64,000 nucleotides of DNA from an uncultured Nitrospiraceae bacterium (GCA_963727775.1 CAVSHB010000002.1:576001-640000), one strand, 5' to 3'. Shown: positions 9,459 through 18,946, counted from the stretch's first letter. The notes: generated from the sequence alone by a model not told the origin. Numbers and translations are program-made.

Positions 9459-11304
9459 CGTATTTTCTTTTATGAAAACACCCATAAATGCTTATATTAC
9501 AATAGATTACCGTGTATTTGGCTTTCAAATGTAGCCATATAATATAGCATTTTATAGTTGACATAGTGGTAATCATATCCTATAATAGTAGCCATGCCAT
9601 TTAAAAAGAAGCCACGCCCCCATCTCGAAATACAGACTTCCGGCAATAAGCACTACGGCGTTATTCGCACTACCTTCCGTGAGAAGGGCGAAATCAGGCA
9701 CACGACACATGGGACCATTAAGGATATGAGTCTTGAACAACTAAAGCTCATACAGGCCGCCTTCAGGGGCGATGTGCTGGTAAAGGGTTCAGCCGACGCT
9801 CACAAAATCGCGGAATCGAAAGAGTACGGCGCTTCCTATGCGGTATTGCAGTTGGCGAAGGAATTAGAGTTGGACAAGATGATTTATTCGAGATATTCCG
9901 AGCAGTGGGTTAAAGACTGTCTTGCCATGATAATCGGCCGTTTAGTATATAGCGGCAGCAAGCTGGCTTTATCGCACAGATGGGAGGACACGGCATTATG
10001 GGAACTCTGCGGGATAGAAGGGCCGGTTGACGTAGATAAGCATTGTTATGAGCCTATGGATCGTCTTTTACAGAGGCAGGATGCCATCCAAAGTACATTG
10101 GCGAAAAAGCATCTCCGAAACGGCGCGCTTGTGCTTTACGATATAACCAGCAGTTATTTTGAGGGCGAGTATGAAGACAGTGAGATCGTTAAATTCGGAT
10201 ATAACCGGGACGGCAAGCGGGGGCATGAACAGATGGTGATAGGGCTGCTTTGCAGTCCCGAGGGGTGCCCTGTGGGTGTGGAAGTTTTCCCTGGGAATAC
10301 TCAGGATGCTCAAACGGTACCCGATAAAATAGCTGAGGTGCAGAAAAAATATGGGATCCAGGAGATAATCTTTGTAGGTGATCGTGGAATGGTTACTCAT
10401 GCCAATTACGAAAAGGTTAAGGATGTAAAAGGGCTCAATATAATATCGGCATTAACACACCACCAGATAAAAGAGCTACTGGAACGCAAGGTGATTCAGA
10501 TCGATATGTTTGATGAAAAGGAGATTATTGAAGTAGTGGATCCTGAGGCGATAGGACGGCGATACTGCTTATGCCGCAATCCAAAGACCGCTACAAGGGA
10601 AGCTGTGACACGCAAAGGCTTGATTGAGGTCACCAGAAAGGCATTGGATAGCATAGCCCAATCAAAACGGAAGTCGTCAAACGAGAAGATAGCGGCAAGG
10701 GTGGGGAAGGTTCTGGGAAAGTGGAAGACAGGTAAATTTGTAGAGTGGTCAGTACAGGATGGACGTCTCACATGGAAATTAAAAACAGAGAAGATCGAGA
10801 CTGAGGAATTGATTGACGGCTGTTACATCATTGCCTCCGATGTTCCTGCCGGGCTGATGGCAAAGCAGGCAATAGTGGCATCATATAAAAAGCTTGCTCT
10901 TGTAGAACAGGCGTTTCGGAACTTAAAGAGCGTACAGCTTGAGGTGCGGCCCGTTTATCACAAGACCGACGACCGAATCCGCTGTCATGTGTTTCTTTGC
11001 ATGCTTGCCTACTACTTGCAGTGGCATATGAATCAGAGACTAAAGCCTCTGTTTCAGTCTGACGGAAAAAATAAACACCGCAGATGGACATTTGAGTATG
11101 TGATTGAGAGATTAAAGAGCCTGAGAAGGCAGAGACTTCAAGTGCAGGGCTCTTCGTGCCGAATTGTTTGCACCCCGGATAACAGTCAGCAAAAGATTCT
11201 TGATCTGCTCAAGGTAAAATTGTAGCCATTTTCTTGAAATTAGAAATCGCCTTCAAATCATTGCAGCATATGGAGTTCCTCGTAGTTTTTAAAAAGAAAA
11301 TACG
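9459..11304 (+). mobile_element. IS1634-family insertion sequence, copy 2 (1846 bp, intact)
   Basis: Same IRs as copy 1; own 6-bp TSD CTTTAG (9453-9458, 11305-11310). Confidence 0.93.
9594..11225 (+). CDS. IS1634-family DDE transposase
   Basis: 543 aa; LYDITSSYFEG, GYNRDGK, VGDRGM, VEQAFRNLKS..RPVYH..RIRCHVFLCMLAY. Confidence 0.92.
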   Translation: MPFKKKPRPHLEIQTSGNKHYGVIRTTFREKGEIRHTTHGTIKDMSLEQLKLIQAAFRGDVLVKGSADAHKIAESKEYGASYAVLQLAKELELDKMIYSRYSEQWVKDCLAMIIGRLVYSGSKLALSHRWEDTALWELCGIEGPVDVDKHCYEPMDRLLQRQDAIQSTLAKKHLRNGALVLYDITSSYFEGEYEDSEIVKFGYNRDGKRGHEQMVIGLLCSPEGCPVGVEVFPGNTQDAQTVPDKIAEVQKKYGIQEIIFVGDRGMVTHANYEKVKDVKGLNIISALTHHQIKELLERKVIQIDMFDEKEIIEVVDPEAIGRRYCLCRNPKTATREAVTRKGLIEVTRKALDSIAQSKRKSSNEKIAARVGKVLGKWKTGKFVEWSVQDGRLTWKLKTEKIETEELIDGCYIIASDVPAGLMAKQAIVASYKKLALVEQAFRNLKSVQLEVRPVYHKTDDRIRCHVFLCMLAYYLQWHMNQRLKPLFQSDGKNKHRRWTFEYVIERLKSLRRQRLQVQGSSCRIVCTPDNSQQKILDLLKVKL

Positions 11305-11569
11305 CTTTAGGACAATTACCGGCTCCCATATCATCAGTTGCAAATGCTGGTACGGCAAAGAAACACAAAAATGCAAATAAAAATGCCAGTCTTTTCATAC
11401 TTATCACCTCTTTTTTCGACAATTATATCTATATTTGAGAGAGTTTCAAGTCCATACAATAAACCTTTGTCTGTATGCAACACTTTTCTCTGAACTAAAC
11501 ACCGTCGACGTATGTTACAATGGCTCGGAGTACTATTAGAAATATATATGACTGCATTGGAGGCCCCAA

Positions 11570-11737
11570 ATGCCCGAATACGACTATGTTTGCAGCAAGT
11601 GCGGTAGAGCTTTTTCAGTATTTTTTTCATTCAAGGAAGTTGAAACTAAGCCGACTGTCATATGTCCCCAGTGTCAGAGCGATCAGGTCAAAAAGCAAAT
11701 CACTGGCTTCATTGCAATTACAAGCAAGAAATCATAG
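11570..11737 (+). CDS. FmdB-family zinc-ribbon protein (55 aa, not in ORF track)
   Basis: MPEYDYVCSKCG...ICPQCQS..VKKQITGF..ITSKKS*; GGAGG RBS. Confidence 0.85.
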   Translation: MPEYDYVCSKCGRAFSVFFSFKEVETKPTVICPQCQSDQVKKQITGFIAITSKKS

Positions 11738-11771
11738 CTCACATAAGACCCTTGAAGAAGGAGGATGCCTG

Positions 11772-12188
11772 ATGAGTAGTAAAGAAATAGCGGACCATAA
11801 GGCTTTCCCGGATAAGTTCCTGAGGGGGGCGATAGGTAATCCCTTTCGCTTTACGAGCTATAAGCAGGTCCTGAAGATGGCTGGTTTCGACCTTTGCGCG
11901 GAGCGAAGCGGAAAGACTTCAAACAGCGTAACGCCGGTAATCTCCAAACAAGGGAAAGCCGATCTTCGCTACGCCTTATATCAGGCTGCTATAATCGCTT
12001 CCTTTCATAACAAAGATTTCACGATTTATTACACCAATAAGCTCAGAGGTCGGCAGAGGGAAAAGGGAATTAGTACGAAGATGCGTGTAAAGATAGCCGC
12101 AAAGCTTCTGGTTATCGCATGGACCTTGATGAAAAAAAGGGAACTATTCGATTCCAAATATCTCAATAAGGGGGATATCCAAGTATAG
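11772..12188 (+). pseudogene. C-terminal fragment of an IS110-family transposase fused to a short foreign N-terminus
   Basis: IGNPFRF.SYKQVLKMAG...ERSG....ISKQG..LRYALYQAA...AAKLLVIAWTLMK (IS116/IS110/IS902 domain); no DEDD RuvC-like N-terminal domain. Confidence 0.8.
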
Positions 12189-12563
12189 GCTGCATCGAAA
12201 GAACTTAACTGAGGGCTTCCTGTGAAGCTGTTTCTGTTCTGGAAGCCCCAAAAAAAAGACGCGGAGAGCCCGAGAGTGGTTTAGTTGAGGCGAAAGACCT
12301 CGTGAAGAACAATATAGGGCCTCTCGCTGAACCTGAGAATCTGGATAAGGGATGATGGGCGGTCCGCTCAATGCGGGACACGTCGGATAAACGTAACTAT
12401 CAGAAATCAAGTTCGATTGGAGTGAGAGAGTGCGTCAAGAAAAAATACTATCGTCCAGATGGACGTACGGCAGACTATTGTCCTTGCAAGATCTCGGATA
12501 ACGATCATTGATATTTAAGTAATTTCCCCAGATGTTTTTTGTCTTGACAGGAGGCACTATAGG
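12189..12563 (+). ncRNA. Candidate IS110 bridge/seek RNA in the right-hand non-coding end
   Basis: 5' hairpin plus two large internal loops closed by GACGC/GCGTC; TTGACA at 12544 near the presumed element end. Confidence 0.5.
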
Positions 12564-12657
12564 ATGTTCTACACATAGAAGTCCTCTCCTTGAGCATTGT
12601 CGACTTCTACAGATTATGATTTGTACACTGTAGCTTGATGCTGCCGGCCATGCCCGT

Positions 12658-13656
12658 TCAGATCTGCTCGGCAAGTCTTTTAACATCTCTGATTCCGTCG
12701 ACTTCGCCGATAAGTATCAGCGCATTGCCCGCTTCAAGAGTTATTTTGTCTGAGGGGTTGAAGACATATTTGTCTCCTTTTCTTACAGCGCTGACTGTCA
12801 CCCCTTCTTTCTCCAGAAGCCCAGAATCCCGCAACGTCTTGCCTGCGAATACCGAGTCAGAACGGACAGGAATATCTTCCACGCGGTATTCCTTCTCCTT
12901 GCCTTTCAGCATCTGATCAAGGAAAGTCACCGCATCGGGCCGGATCATTTCAGATGCCATCCTGAGCCCGCCGATAAATTCCGGCAGGACAACTCGATCG
13001 GCACCGGCCCTTTTCATTTTCTCCTCAGATTCTCTCTCGGCCGCACTGGCAACAATCCTCAATCGCGGGTTCATCCCCTTTGCAGTTAGGATAAGGAGCA
13101 AATTTTCGGCATCGTTGCTACTGAACGTACAAAACACGCCCTTTGCATTCGCAGCATTTGCCTCATTCAGTGTCGCAATGCTGGTCGCATCACCTTCGAC
13201 AAATAAAATTCCCCTCTGCCCGAGACGCTTGCAGACCTCTTCATCCCTGTCGATTACCACAAAAATCCTCTTGGTCTTGTTGAGTTCGTCGATGATGTGT
13301 CTGCTAAACCTCCCTGCGCCGCACACAATATAATGTCCTTTTAGGCGCGAGATACTCTTATCCATTTTCTTCCTCCTAATTATAGAGCTCAATTCTCCTT
13401 CCACCATAAAGGCGGTGAAGGTCGATATGCCAAAAAGCAGGATCCCCATACCAAATATGATGAGACACACGGTAAATATCCTGCCTGTAGGCGTAAGATG
13501 GTGGACCTCCATATAGCCGACGGTTGAGATAGTGATGACCGTCATGTACAGCGCATCGAAGAACCCCCAGCCCTCCAGGAGCATATACCCCGATACTCCC
13601 GAGAAGAAAACTACAACAAGCAAAATGAGCGATAGAAAAAGTCTTTTCAATAGCAT
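12658..13656 (-). CDS. Potassium channel protein (2-TM pore + TrkA-N/TrkA-C RCK domains)
   Basis: TISTVGY filter; HYIVCGAGRF Rossmann motif; GDAT; C-terminal RCK-C. Confidence 0.88.
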   Translation of the reverse strand: MLLKRLFLSLILLVVVFFSGVSGYMLLEGWGFFDALYMTVITISTVGYMEVHHLTPTGRIFTVCLIIFGMGILLFGISTFTAFMVEGELSSIIRRKKMDKSISRLKGHYIVCGAGRFSRHIIDELNKTKRIFVVIDRDEEVCKRLGQRGILFVEGDATSIATLNEANAANAKGVFCTFSSNDAENLLLILTAKGMNPRLRIVASAAERESEEKMKRAGADRVVLPEFIGGLRMASEMIRPDAVTFLDQMLKGKEKEYRVEDIPVRSDSVFAGKTLRDSGLLEKEGVTVSAVRKGDKYVFNPSDKITLEAGNALILIGEVDGIRDVKRLAEQI

Positions 13657-14121
13657 GTGAGGATTATAGCAAAAAAAGCGTTTTAGTTTGCAAAATCCGA
13701 AAGATAAAAGTGATAGCCGAGAAGAAACCCGAACTCATAAAAGTAATAGATTCGTAGGAAAAGACTGTCCATTCTGTAAACGTGGTGGGCATTAAGTATT
13801 CCTTTGGGATTTTGGTAATTTAGTGTCATATGACTTTAGAGGTGCGTCTTTCAAGTGAGTATTTCCAAGTCTAATCAGCATCTAAGGACAATGTTCCCAA
13901 TTGCACAGTAGATGAAGGAAGTGAGAGTGAAACTTTCGGTGCATAGTCTTCGATGTCAACAAAGGCCTATAAATATAAGAGGAAAATAGACAGCAATTAC
14001 GTTATTTTCTATTAATAAACAATAACTTGGCTTGGGGTTATTTATCTGTGTAGGTATCATTAAAAACCCGAAATTATGCCCCAAAAAGTTTTGCTGAGAG
14101 TTACGCCCCTTACATATTGAT

Positions 14122-14693
14122 AATTGATACACCCTGCGGTCTCTGCCGCAGGATCCGATGTATGTAGAGTAAATGGAGGGAAAGACCTGTAGACTGATAG
14201 AATAAAGAGACGATGGTAACTCTTGACGACGATATATGGCGATGGTATCACAATATATCGGAGTGTTACTATCACATTCAAATAACGGTGAAATACCGCA
14301 AGTCACTTTTGAGTAAAGAAGTAGAAGGGGCTATAGTTGGAGCGCTGAAAGGATTGAAAGAAAGGTATGCGATAGAGATCAATACAGTTGGATTTGATCG
14401 AAACCATGTGCATATTCTGTGTCGATATTTATCGAAGTATTCTGGGGGGGAGGTGATCAAGATAATAAAGAGTATAAGTGGGAAAAGAGTATATGAAGAG
14501 GCCCCCGAGGTAAAAAAAGAACTTTGGGGTGGTGAGTTCTGGACAGATGGGTACTACATAGCAACGATCAGCGGTAAAGGGAATAAAGGAGTGATTGAGA
14601 AATACATAAAGAACCAAGGCAGAGAGAAGGATGTTGGGCAGTTGAGGTTGTTTGACTTCTGACGCCCTGCGGTCTCTGCCGCAGGGTTCTTCA
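14122..14693 (+). mobile_element. IS200/IS605-family element (tnpA only); ends approximate
   Basis: Subterminal hairpins CCTGCG-GTCTCTGC-CGCAGG on both sides of tnpA; preceded by TTGAT; ends in TTCA. Confidence 0.8.
14213..14662 (+). CDS. tnpA: IS200-type Y1 (HUH) transposase TnpA
   Basis: YHIQITVKYRK, NHVHIL (HUH), LWGGEFWTDGYY, IEKYIKNQ (catalytic Tyr). Confidence 0.92.
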   Translation: MVTLDDDIWRWYHNISECYYHIQITVKYRKSLLSKEVEGAIVGALKGLKERYAIEINTVGFDRNHVHILCRYLSKYSGGEVIKIIKSISGKRVYEEAPEVKKELWGGEFWTDGYYIATISGKGNKGVIEKYIKNQGREKDVGQLRLFDF

Positions 14694-14810
14694 CTTTAAA
14701 GGAAATAAATTTATCGGTGTGTTACGCTCAGCAAAACTTTTTGTTCTGTAGCTAACCGGGCATCAGGAATTCTTACGCAGCATTCAAGGGACTAATACAC
14801 ACGGGATAAA

Positions 14811-15494
14811 CTACTTTTCTTTCACCTGTATTGCCTCGACCCTCACGCGGGCGAGACCCTTGTTGTAAAAATCAAGCTTCTTGGCAGCTCCTATACTGAG
14901 ATCGATGATCCTCTCTCCTGACTTGGCATTGTGCCCGCTCGGAAAAGGTCCTCGGTCATTCACCCTTACGATTATCGATTTCTTGTTGTCAAGGTTTGTT
15001 ACCTTTGCAAACATGGGAATAGGCAGATATTTATGCGCCGCAGACAGGCCATTGGGATTGAACACTTCGCCATTCGCGGTCATCCTGCCGCTTTCGTAGC
15101 CATACCACGATGCAATGCCTTCCTCCTTGTAGTTCTTCGCCTTTTCGAGCGTCATCGGAATGTACTGCCTTCCTGCGACCGAATAGGGCGCGGTTTTTAC
15201 CCTTCCTTGGCGTATCGCCTCTTTCACAGGAAGACCGTCGATGCTCTCAATTTCCTCGTGTGTCAATGCCCATTCAATTGGCGCCTTTACTACCTCGTAT
15301 GTGTATTCACCAATCTTGTATATTATTTTCGTGGTCCCGGCAGTAACCTCGCATGTTGTTTTCACCACCCATACCCCTCCCTGCACCACATCCTTGGTAA
15401 CATGATAGGGCGCGGTAATTACAGCACAGCCGTTTGAAGATGCAATAGCAACTTCAAGGCACAGAAGAAGGATCACTTTTTTCATCTCTGTCAT
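14811..15494 (-). CDS. rlpA: Septal ring lytic transglycosylase RlpA-family lipoprotein
   Basis: GIASWYG, TANGE, AAHKYLP, VRVNDRGPF, RIIDLS. Confidence 0.88.
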   Translation of the reverse strand: MTEMKKVILLLCLEVAIASSNGCAVITAPYHVTKDVVQGGVWVVKTTCEVTAGTTKIIYKIGEYTYEVVKAPIEWALTHEEIESIDGLPVKEAIRQGRVKTAPYSVAGRQYIPMTLEKAKNYKEEGIASWYGYESGRMTANGEVFNPNGLSAAHKYLPIPMFAKVTNLDNKKSIIVRVNDRGPFPSGHNAKSGERIIDLSIGAAKKLDFYNKGLARVRVEAIQVKEK

Positions 15495-15543
15495 TCCCGG
15501 GACAGGCTCGATGCAAGTTATTATAGAGGTAACACTTCAGGAG

Positions 15544-15855
15544 CTATTTTCTCGTGTCATTTTGAAGCTCACGCAAATTCTTCGATTTGGCATCGATTGT
15601 GTTAAATTTGTGTCTCAATGGGTCTTCTTTCCGGTTTGCTTTGCGAGTGGTTTTAGTTTTTTTAGAGGACTTGCCGGTATCTTTTTTAATGACAGTATTT
15701 TCAGCTTTCCCATTTCCATACCGGTATGCATTCAAGTCGTCATTTGAAAAAATTCTCTTGTCCTCGGAAAAGGTTTTTGAAAGAGGAAAGACGATGATAA
15801 ATAATATAATTAAACCTGTCGTCATCTTCACTTTTCTGGATAAGCCGTATTTCAT
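15544..15855 (-). CDS. Hypothetical exported basic protein
   Basis: GGAGG RBS; hydrophobic N-terminus; IFSNDDL motif; Lys-rich. May be truncated. Confidence 0.5.
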   Translation of the reverse strand: MKYGLSRKVKMTTGLIILFIIVFPLSKTFSEDKRIFSNDDLNAYRYGNGKAENTVIKKDTGKSSKKTKTTRKANRKEDPLRHKFNTIDAKSKNLRELQNDTRK

Positions 15856-15965
15856 GATACCTCCTTTCTCGGTAATATTGTATCAAAGATGTTGAACTAT
15901 CACTACTCGAAAAAAATTTCCTTTTGAGCCCTCTGCAATTTCATATTACCTCAAATATAAAACAA

Positions 15966-16067
15966 ACAATAATGTAATAACGATAACACAAATGTTTTAT
16001 GCGGTAGGTATTTTAAAAATAACTTTTATTAAATTTCAAGGGCTTAAAAGGTGGCATCGATATTGCA
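15966..16067 (+). promoter_or_regulatory. Sigma54 promoter of the nifB-mod operon with UAS and IHF-like site
   Basis: TGGCATCGATATTGCA (16052-16067, GG-N10-GC); TTTCAAGGGCTTA (16034-16046); ACA-N4-TGT boxes at 15966 and 15986 that together form TGT-N10-ACA. Confidence 0.8.
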
Positions 16068-16100
16068 TTATATGTCAATAAACGACGAGTGAGGTTTACC

Positions 16101-17006
16101 ATGATGACGATAAAAAACAATGCAAGAGCAAGTGAGAATAAGCATATAATTAAAACGCATCCGTGCTTCTCTGCGGAGGCCCATCTTAAATTCGGCAGGA
16201 TACATCTCCCGGTTGCACCCGCGTGCAATATTCAGTGCAGGTACTGCATACGGAAATATGATTGCGCCAATGAATCACGTCCCGGGATTACAAGCAGGGT
16301 TATGACTCCAGTGGAAGCAATCGAAAGAGTGAGAGTGCTTATGGAACGGAATGAACGCATCAGTGTCATCGGCATAGCAGGACCCGGCGACCCATTGGTA
16401 AACAATGCTACTTTTGAGACCCTGAGGTCAATCAAAAAGGAATTCCCTGATATAACGCTATGTATTTCGACCAACGGTCTGCTGCTTCCTGAAAGGCTTC
16501 AGGACCTGCTGGAATGCGGGGTCAGGAGCCTGACCATCACTATAAACGCCATTATCCCGGAGACCGCGGAAAAGATATATTCGCACGTCATGTATAAGGG
16601 TGTGCGTTATACGGGGGCAGAGGCTGCCGAGCAGCTTTTGTGCAACCAGTGGCAAGGTCTTAGTAAAGCGAAAGAAGCAGGCCTTCTTGTAAAGGTCAAC
16701 AGCGTTTTTGTCCCGGGCGTGAATGAGGCGGACATCCCGTTGATCGCCCTGTACGCAGGTAAAAAGGGTGCGGATATTATGAATATCATCCAGTTAATCC
16801 CTCAGGCTGAATTCAAAAATCTTCCGAGACCTTCTCATGCAATGCTGAAGAAAATGCGTGAGAAATGCGGGGGTTATTTGTTACAGATGACCCACTGCAG
16901 GCAGTGCAGGGCCGATGCTTTCGGGGCACTCGGGGAAGACAGGGACATGGAGCTGGAGATGATAAATTCAAAGATCGGCGAGGAATATTGCGAGGTTGTG
17001 CATTAG
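16101..17006 (+). CDS. nifB: NifB-like radical SAM protein (short form, no NifX domain)
   Basis: HPCF, RIHLPVAPACNIQCRYC, CANESRPG, GIAGPGDP, STNG, CRQCRADA. Confidence 0.85.
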   Translation: MMTIKNNARASENKHIIKTHPCFSAEAHLKFGRIHLPVAPACNIQCRYCIRKYDCANESRPGITSRVMTPVEAIERVRVLMERNERISVIGIAGPGDPLVNNATFETLRSIKKEFPDITLCISTNGLLLPERLQDLLECGVRSLTITINAIIPETAEKIYSHVMYKGVRYTGAEAAEQLLCNQWQGLSKAKEAGLLVKVNSVFVPGVNEADIPLIALYAGKKGADIMNIIQLIPQAEFKNLPRPSHAMLKKMREKCGGYLLQMTHCRQCRADAFGALGEDRDMELEMINSKIGEEYCEVVH

Positions 17007-17050
17007 CAAAAAGGCGGGACCGATGTCTTGCCACATCAGGAGGTAAAAAG

Positions 17051-17221
17051 ATGCTTTTGAGTATATTCATATTCAGCGTGATCGTTTCCTTTGTATCATT
17101 TTTGATATCAAAGAGAATACGTTCATACGACAGGAGTGAAATTGCCACCTACATGGTGCTCATTGCCTGGGGCTCTTTAATGTTTGGTTTGTATATATCT
17201 GGGTACCACATGCCTGACTGA
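17051..17221 (+). CDS. Small two-TM hypothetical protein (56 aa)
   Basis: GGAGGT RBS; MLLSIFIFSVIVSFVSFLISKRIRS...MVLIAWGSLMFGLYISG. Confidence 0.6.
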   Translation: MLLSIFIFSVIVSFVSFLISKRIRSYDRSEIATYMVLIAWGSLMFGLYISGYHMPD

Positions 17222-17303
17222 AGCAGGGAAAAATGATTTTTCAGGAACTTTCAGGCATTCCTCATGGAGGAAACACAAAGAATCACATTTCAGGAGGACA
17301 ATA

Positions 17304-17504
17304 ATGAAACTCAGCTCGCGCAATTAGATTGCAGGAAAAGTGCTCTCGATCAGCAAAGGACCGATCATGGCGAAAGTGAAAATTGACATCGGCAACAGAA
17401 AAGCTCTAACATCAATCATCACAGCGGATGCTGCCGATGACCTTGCCTTAAAAGAAGGCGTTGCCGCAGTAATAAAAGCAACAAGCATAATGATCGGAAA
17501 ATAG
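17304..17504 (+). pseudogene. mop: Molybdate-binding molbindin (Mop/TOBE) with in-frame TAG at codon 8
   Basis: MKLSSRN*IAGKV..GPIMAKVKIDIG..LTSIITADAADDLALKEG..AVIKATSIMI; GGAGG RBS. Confidence 0.85.
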
Positions 17505-17516
17505 GAGGCTACTGAT

Positions 17517-18278
17517 ATGAAAAGGCTACTGATATTTTTGTTCATGCTTGTCATTATTCCCTTGTGTGCATATCTCTCGGCAGCGTTAGCCGGTGATGTT
17601 ACCGTCTCCGCAGCGATCAGTCTGAAGAATGCCTTCGAAGACATCGGAAAACTCTATGAGGTCAAACATACGGGAACAAAAGTGCTCTTCAACTTTGGAG
17701 CTTCGGGTGACCTTGCTCGCCAGATAGAAGGCGGCGCGCCGGTTGATGTGTTTGCCTCAGCAGCGCAGAAGGACATGGATGATATAGCCGCCAAAGGTTA
17801 CATTCTGCCAAGTTCACGGGTGGACTTCGTCAAGAACACCCTTGTTCTGATAACCCCAAAGCCTGGTGCGGTCAAGTCGTTTATGGATCTCTCATCAGAT
17901 GGGGTAAAACGCATAGCTGCCGGCAATCCAAGGACGGTTCCCGCCGGACGTTATGCAGCAGAGGTCTTTGACTACTACAAAATTACGAGACCCATTAAGG
18001 ACAAGCTCATTTATGCGGAAAATGTGCGCCAGGTGCTCGACTATGTCGCACGCGGCGAAGTAGATGCAGGAATCGTATATGCAACTGATGCGGCGGTCCG
18101 TAGCGGAGAAACCCATATAGTAACCGAAGCGCCGGAGGCGAGCCACAAGCCGGCGATATATCCGATTGCCATAGTCAAAGAAACAAAAAATAAATCAGCT
18201 GCCAAGTCCTTCATCGAAATGGTTCGTTCCAAAGAAGGAATCGCAATCCTTAAGAAATACGGATTTCGCATTCCTTAG
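17517..18278 (+). CDS. modA: Molybdate ABC transporter substrate-binding protein
   Basis: SAAISL, FGASGDLARQIEGGAPVDVFASA, VPAGRYA, ENVRQVL, GIVYATD. Confidence 0.93.
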   Translation: MKRLLIFLFMLVIIPLCAYLSAALAGDVTVSAAISLKNAFEDIGKLYEVKHTGTKVLFNFGASGDLARQIEGGAPVDVFASAAQKDMDDIAAKGYILPSSRVDFVKNTLVLITPKPGAVKSFMDLSSDGVKRIAAGNPRTVPAGRYAAEVFDYYKITRPIKDKLIYAENVRQVLDYVARGEVDAGIVYATDAAVRSGETHIVTEAPEASHKPAIYPIAIVKETKNKSAAKSFIEMVRSKEGIAILKKYGFRIP

Positions 18279-18280
18279 TC

Positions 18281-18946
18281 ATGGACAGTTCGGTTTTATT
18301 CTCCATGCGGTTGTCGCTGCAGATCGCCGCTGTATCGACGTTCTTTATTGTTGTCATCGGTGTGCCGCTTGCCTATCTCCTTGCCCGTAAGAACTTCCCG
18401 GGCAAGGAGATTCTTGACATTGTGCTAACGTTGCCGCTCGTTCTGCCACCTACCGTGACCGGATATTATCTCATCGTTGCTTTTGGCAGAAACGGCTTTA
18501 TTGGCAGATATCTCTATGAATGGATGGAGTGGAACATTATGTTTACCTGGTACGCGGCGGTGCTCGCCTCTTTTGTTGTCGCATTGCCGCTCATGATCAA
18601 AATAGGGCGCGCGGCGCTGGAAGCAGTCGACAGAAACCTTATCAATACCTCCTATACCTTGGGACATTCTGAATGGGAGACTGCTCTCAAGGTAACGTTG
18701 CCTCTCGCGAAACGCGGGCTGCTTGCCGGTATTGTACTGTCTTTTGCCCGTGCGCTGGGAGAGTTCGGCGCAACCCTTATGCTGGCGGGCAATATTCCCG
18801 GCAAGACTAACACGATGCCGCTGGCAATATACTCGCTTGCGGCTAGCGGAGACTGGCATGAGGCGACCGTAATGGTCGTCTTGCTTACACTGATGGCTGG
18901 AATATTCCTTTACCTTGCCAACCGATATAGCAGAAGGATTTTCTGA
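18281..18946 (+). CDS. modB: Molybdate ABC transporter permease
   Basis: LPLVLPPTVTGY, FARALGEFGAT, GNIPGKTNT. Confidence 0.93.
   Translation: MDSSVLFSMRLSLQIAAVSTFFIVVIGVPLAYLLARKNFPGKEILDIVLTLPLVLPPTVTGYYLIVAFGRNGFIGRYLYEWMEWNIMFTWYAAVLASFVVALPLMIKIGRAALEAVDRNLINTSYTLGHSEWETALKVTLPLAKRGLLAGIVLSFARALGEFGATLMLAGNIPGKTNTMPLAIYSLAASGDWHEATVMVVLLTLMAGIFLYLANRYSRRIF

Larger units (their letters stand above)
9328..11398 (-). pseudogene. 72-aa secreted six-cysteine peptide gene interrupted by IS1634 copy 2
   Basis: Removing the IS and one CTTTAG restores MKRLAFLFAFLCFFAVPAFATDDMGAGNCPKGYTCMKPEDCLPDKYIKVEDVTCGDNEVCCKLTEEGSKGSE* with a GAGGTG RBS. Confidence 0.85.
14082..14743. repeat. 23-bp inverted repeat pair (21/23) flanking the IS200-type element
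   Basis: CAAAAAGTTTTGCTGAGAGTTAC (14082-14104) and GTTACGCTCAGCAAAACTTTTTG (14721-14743). Confidence 0.8.

Noticed and set aside
5743..11304. Composite transposon carrying apbE between two IS1634 copies
   Set aside because: Each copy has its own matching TSD (GTGTAG, CTTTAG); the outer flanks do not match each other.
11520..11771. N-terminal part of the 222-aa ORF as real protein
   Set aside because: It overlaps the FmdB-type gene in another frame; only the part from 11772 has an RBS and family similarity.
14662..14810. TnpB/IscB nuclease or omega-RNA with the IS200/IS605 element
   Set aside because: The right-end hairpin follows the tnpA stop immediately; there is no room for a second ORF.
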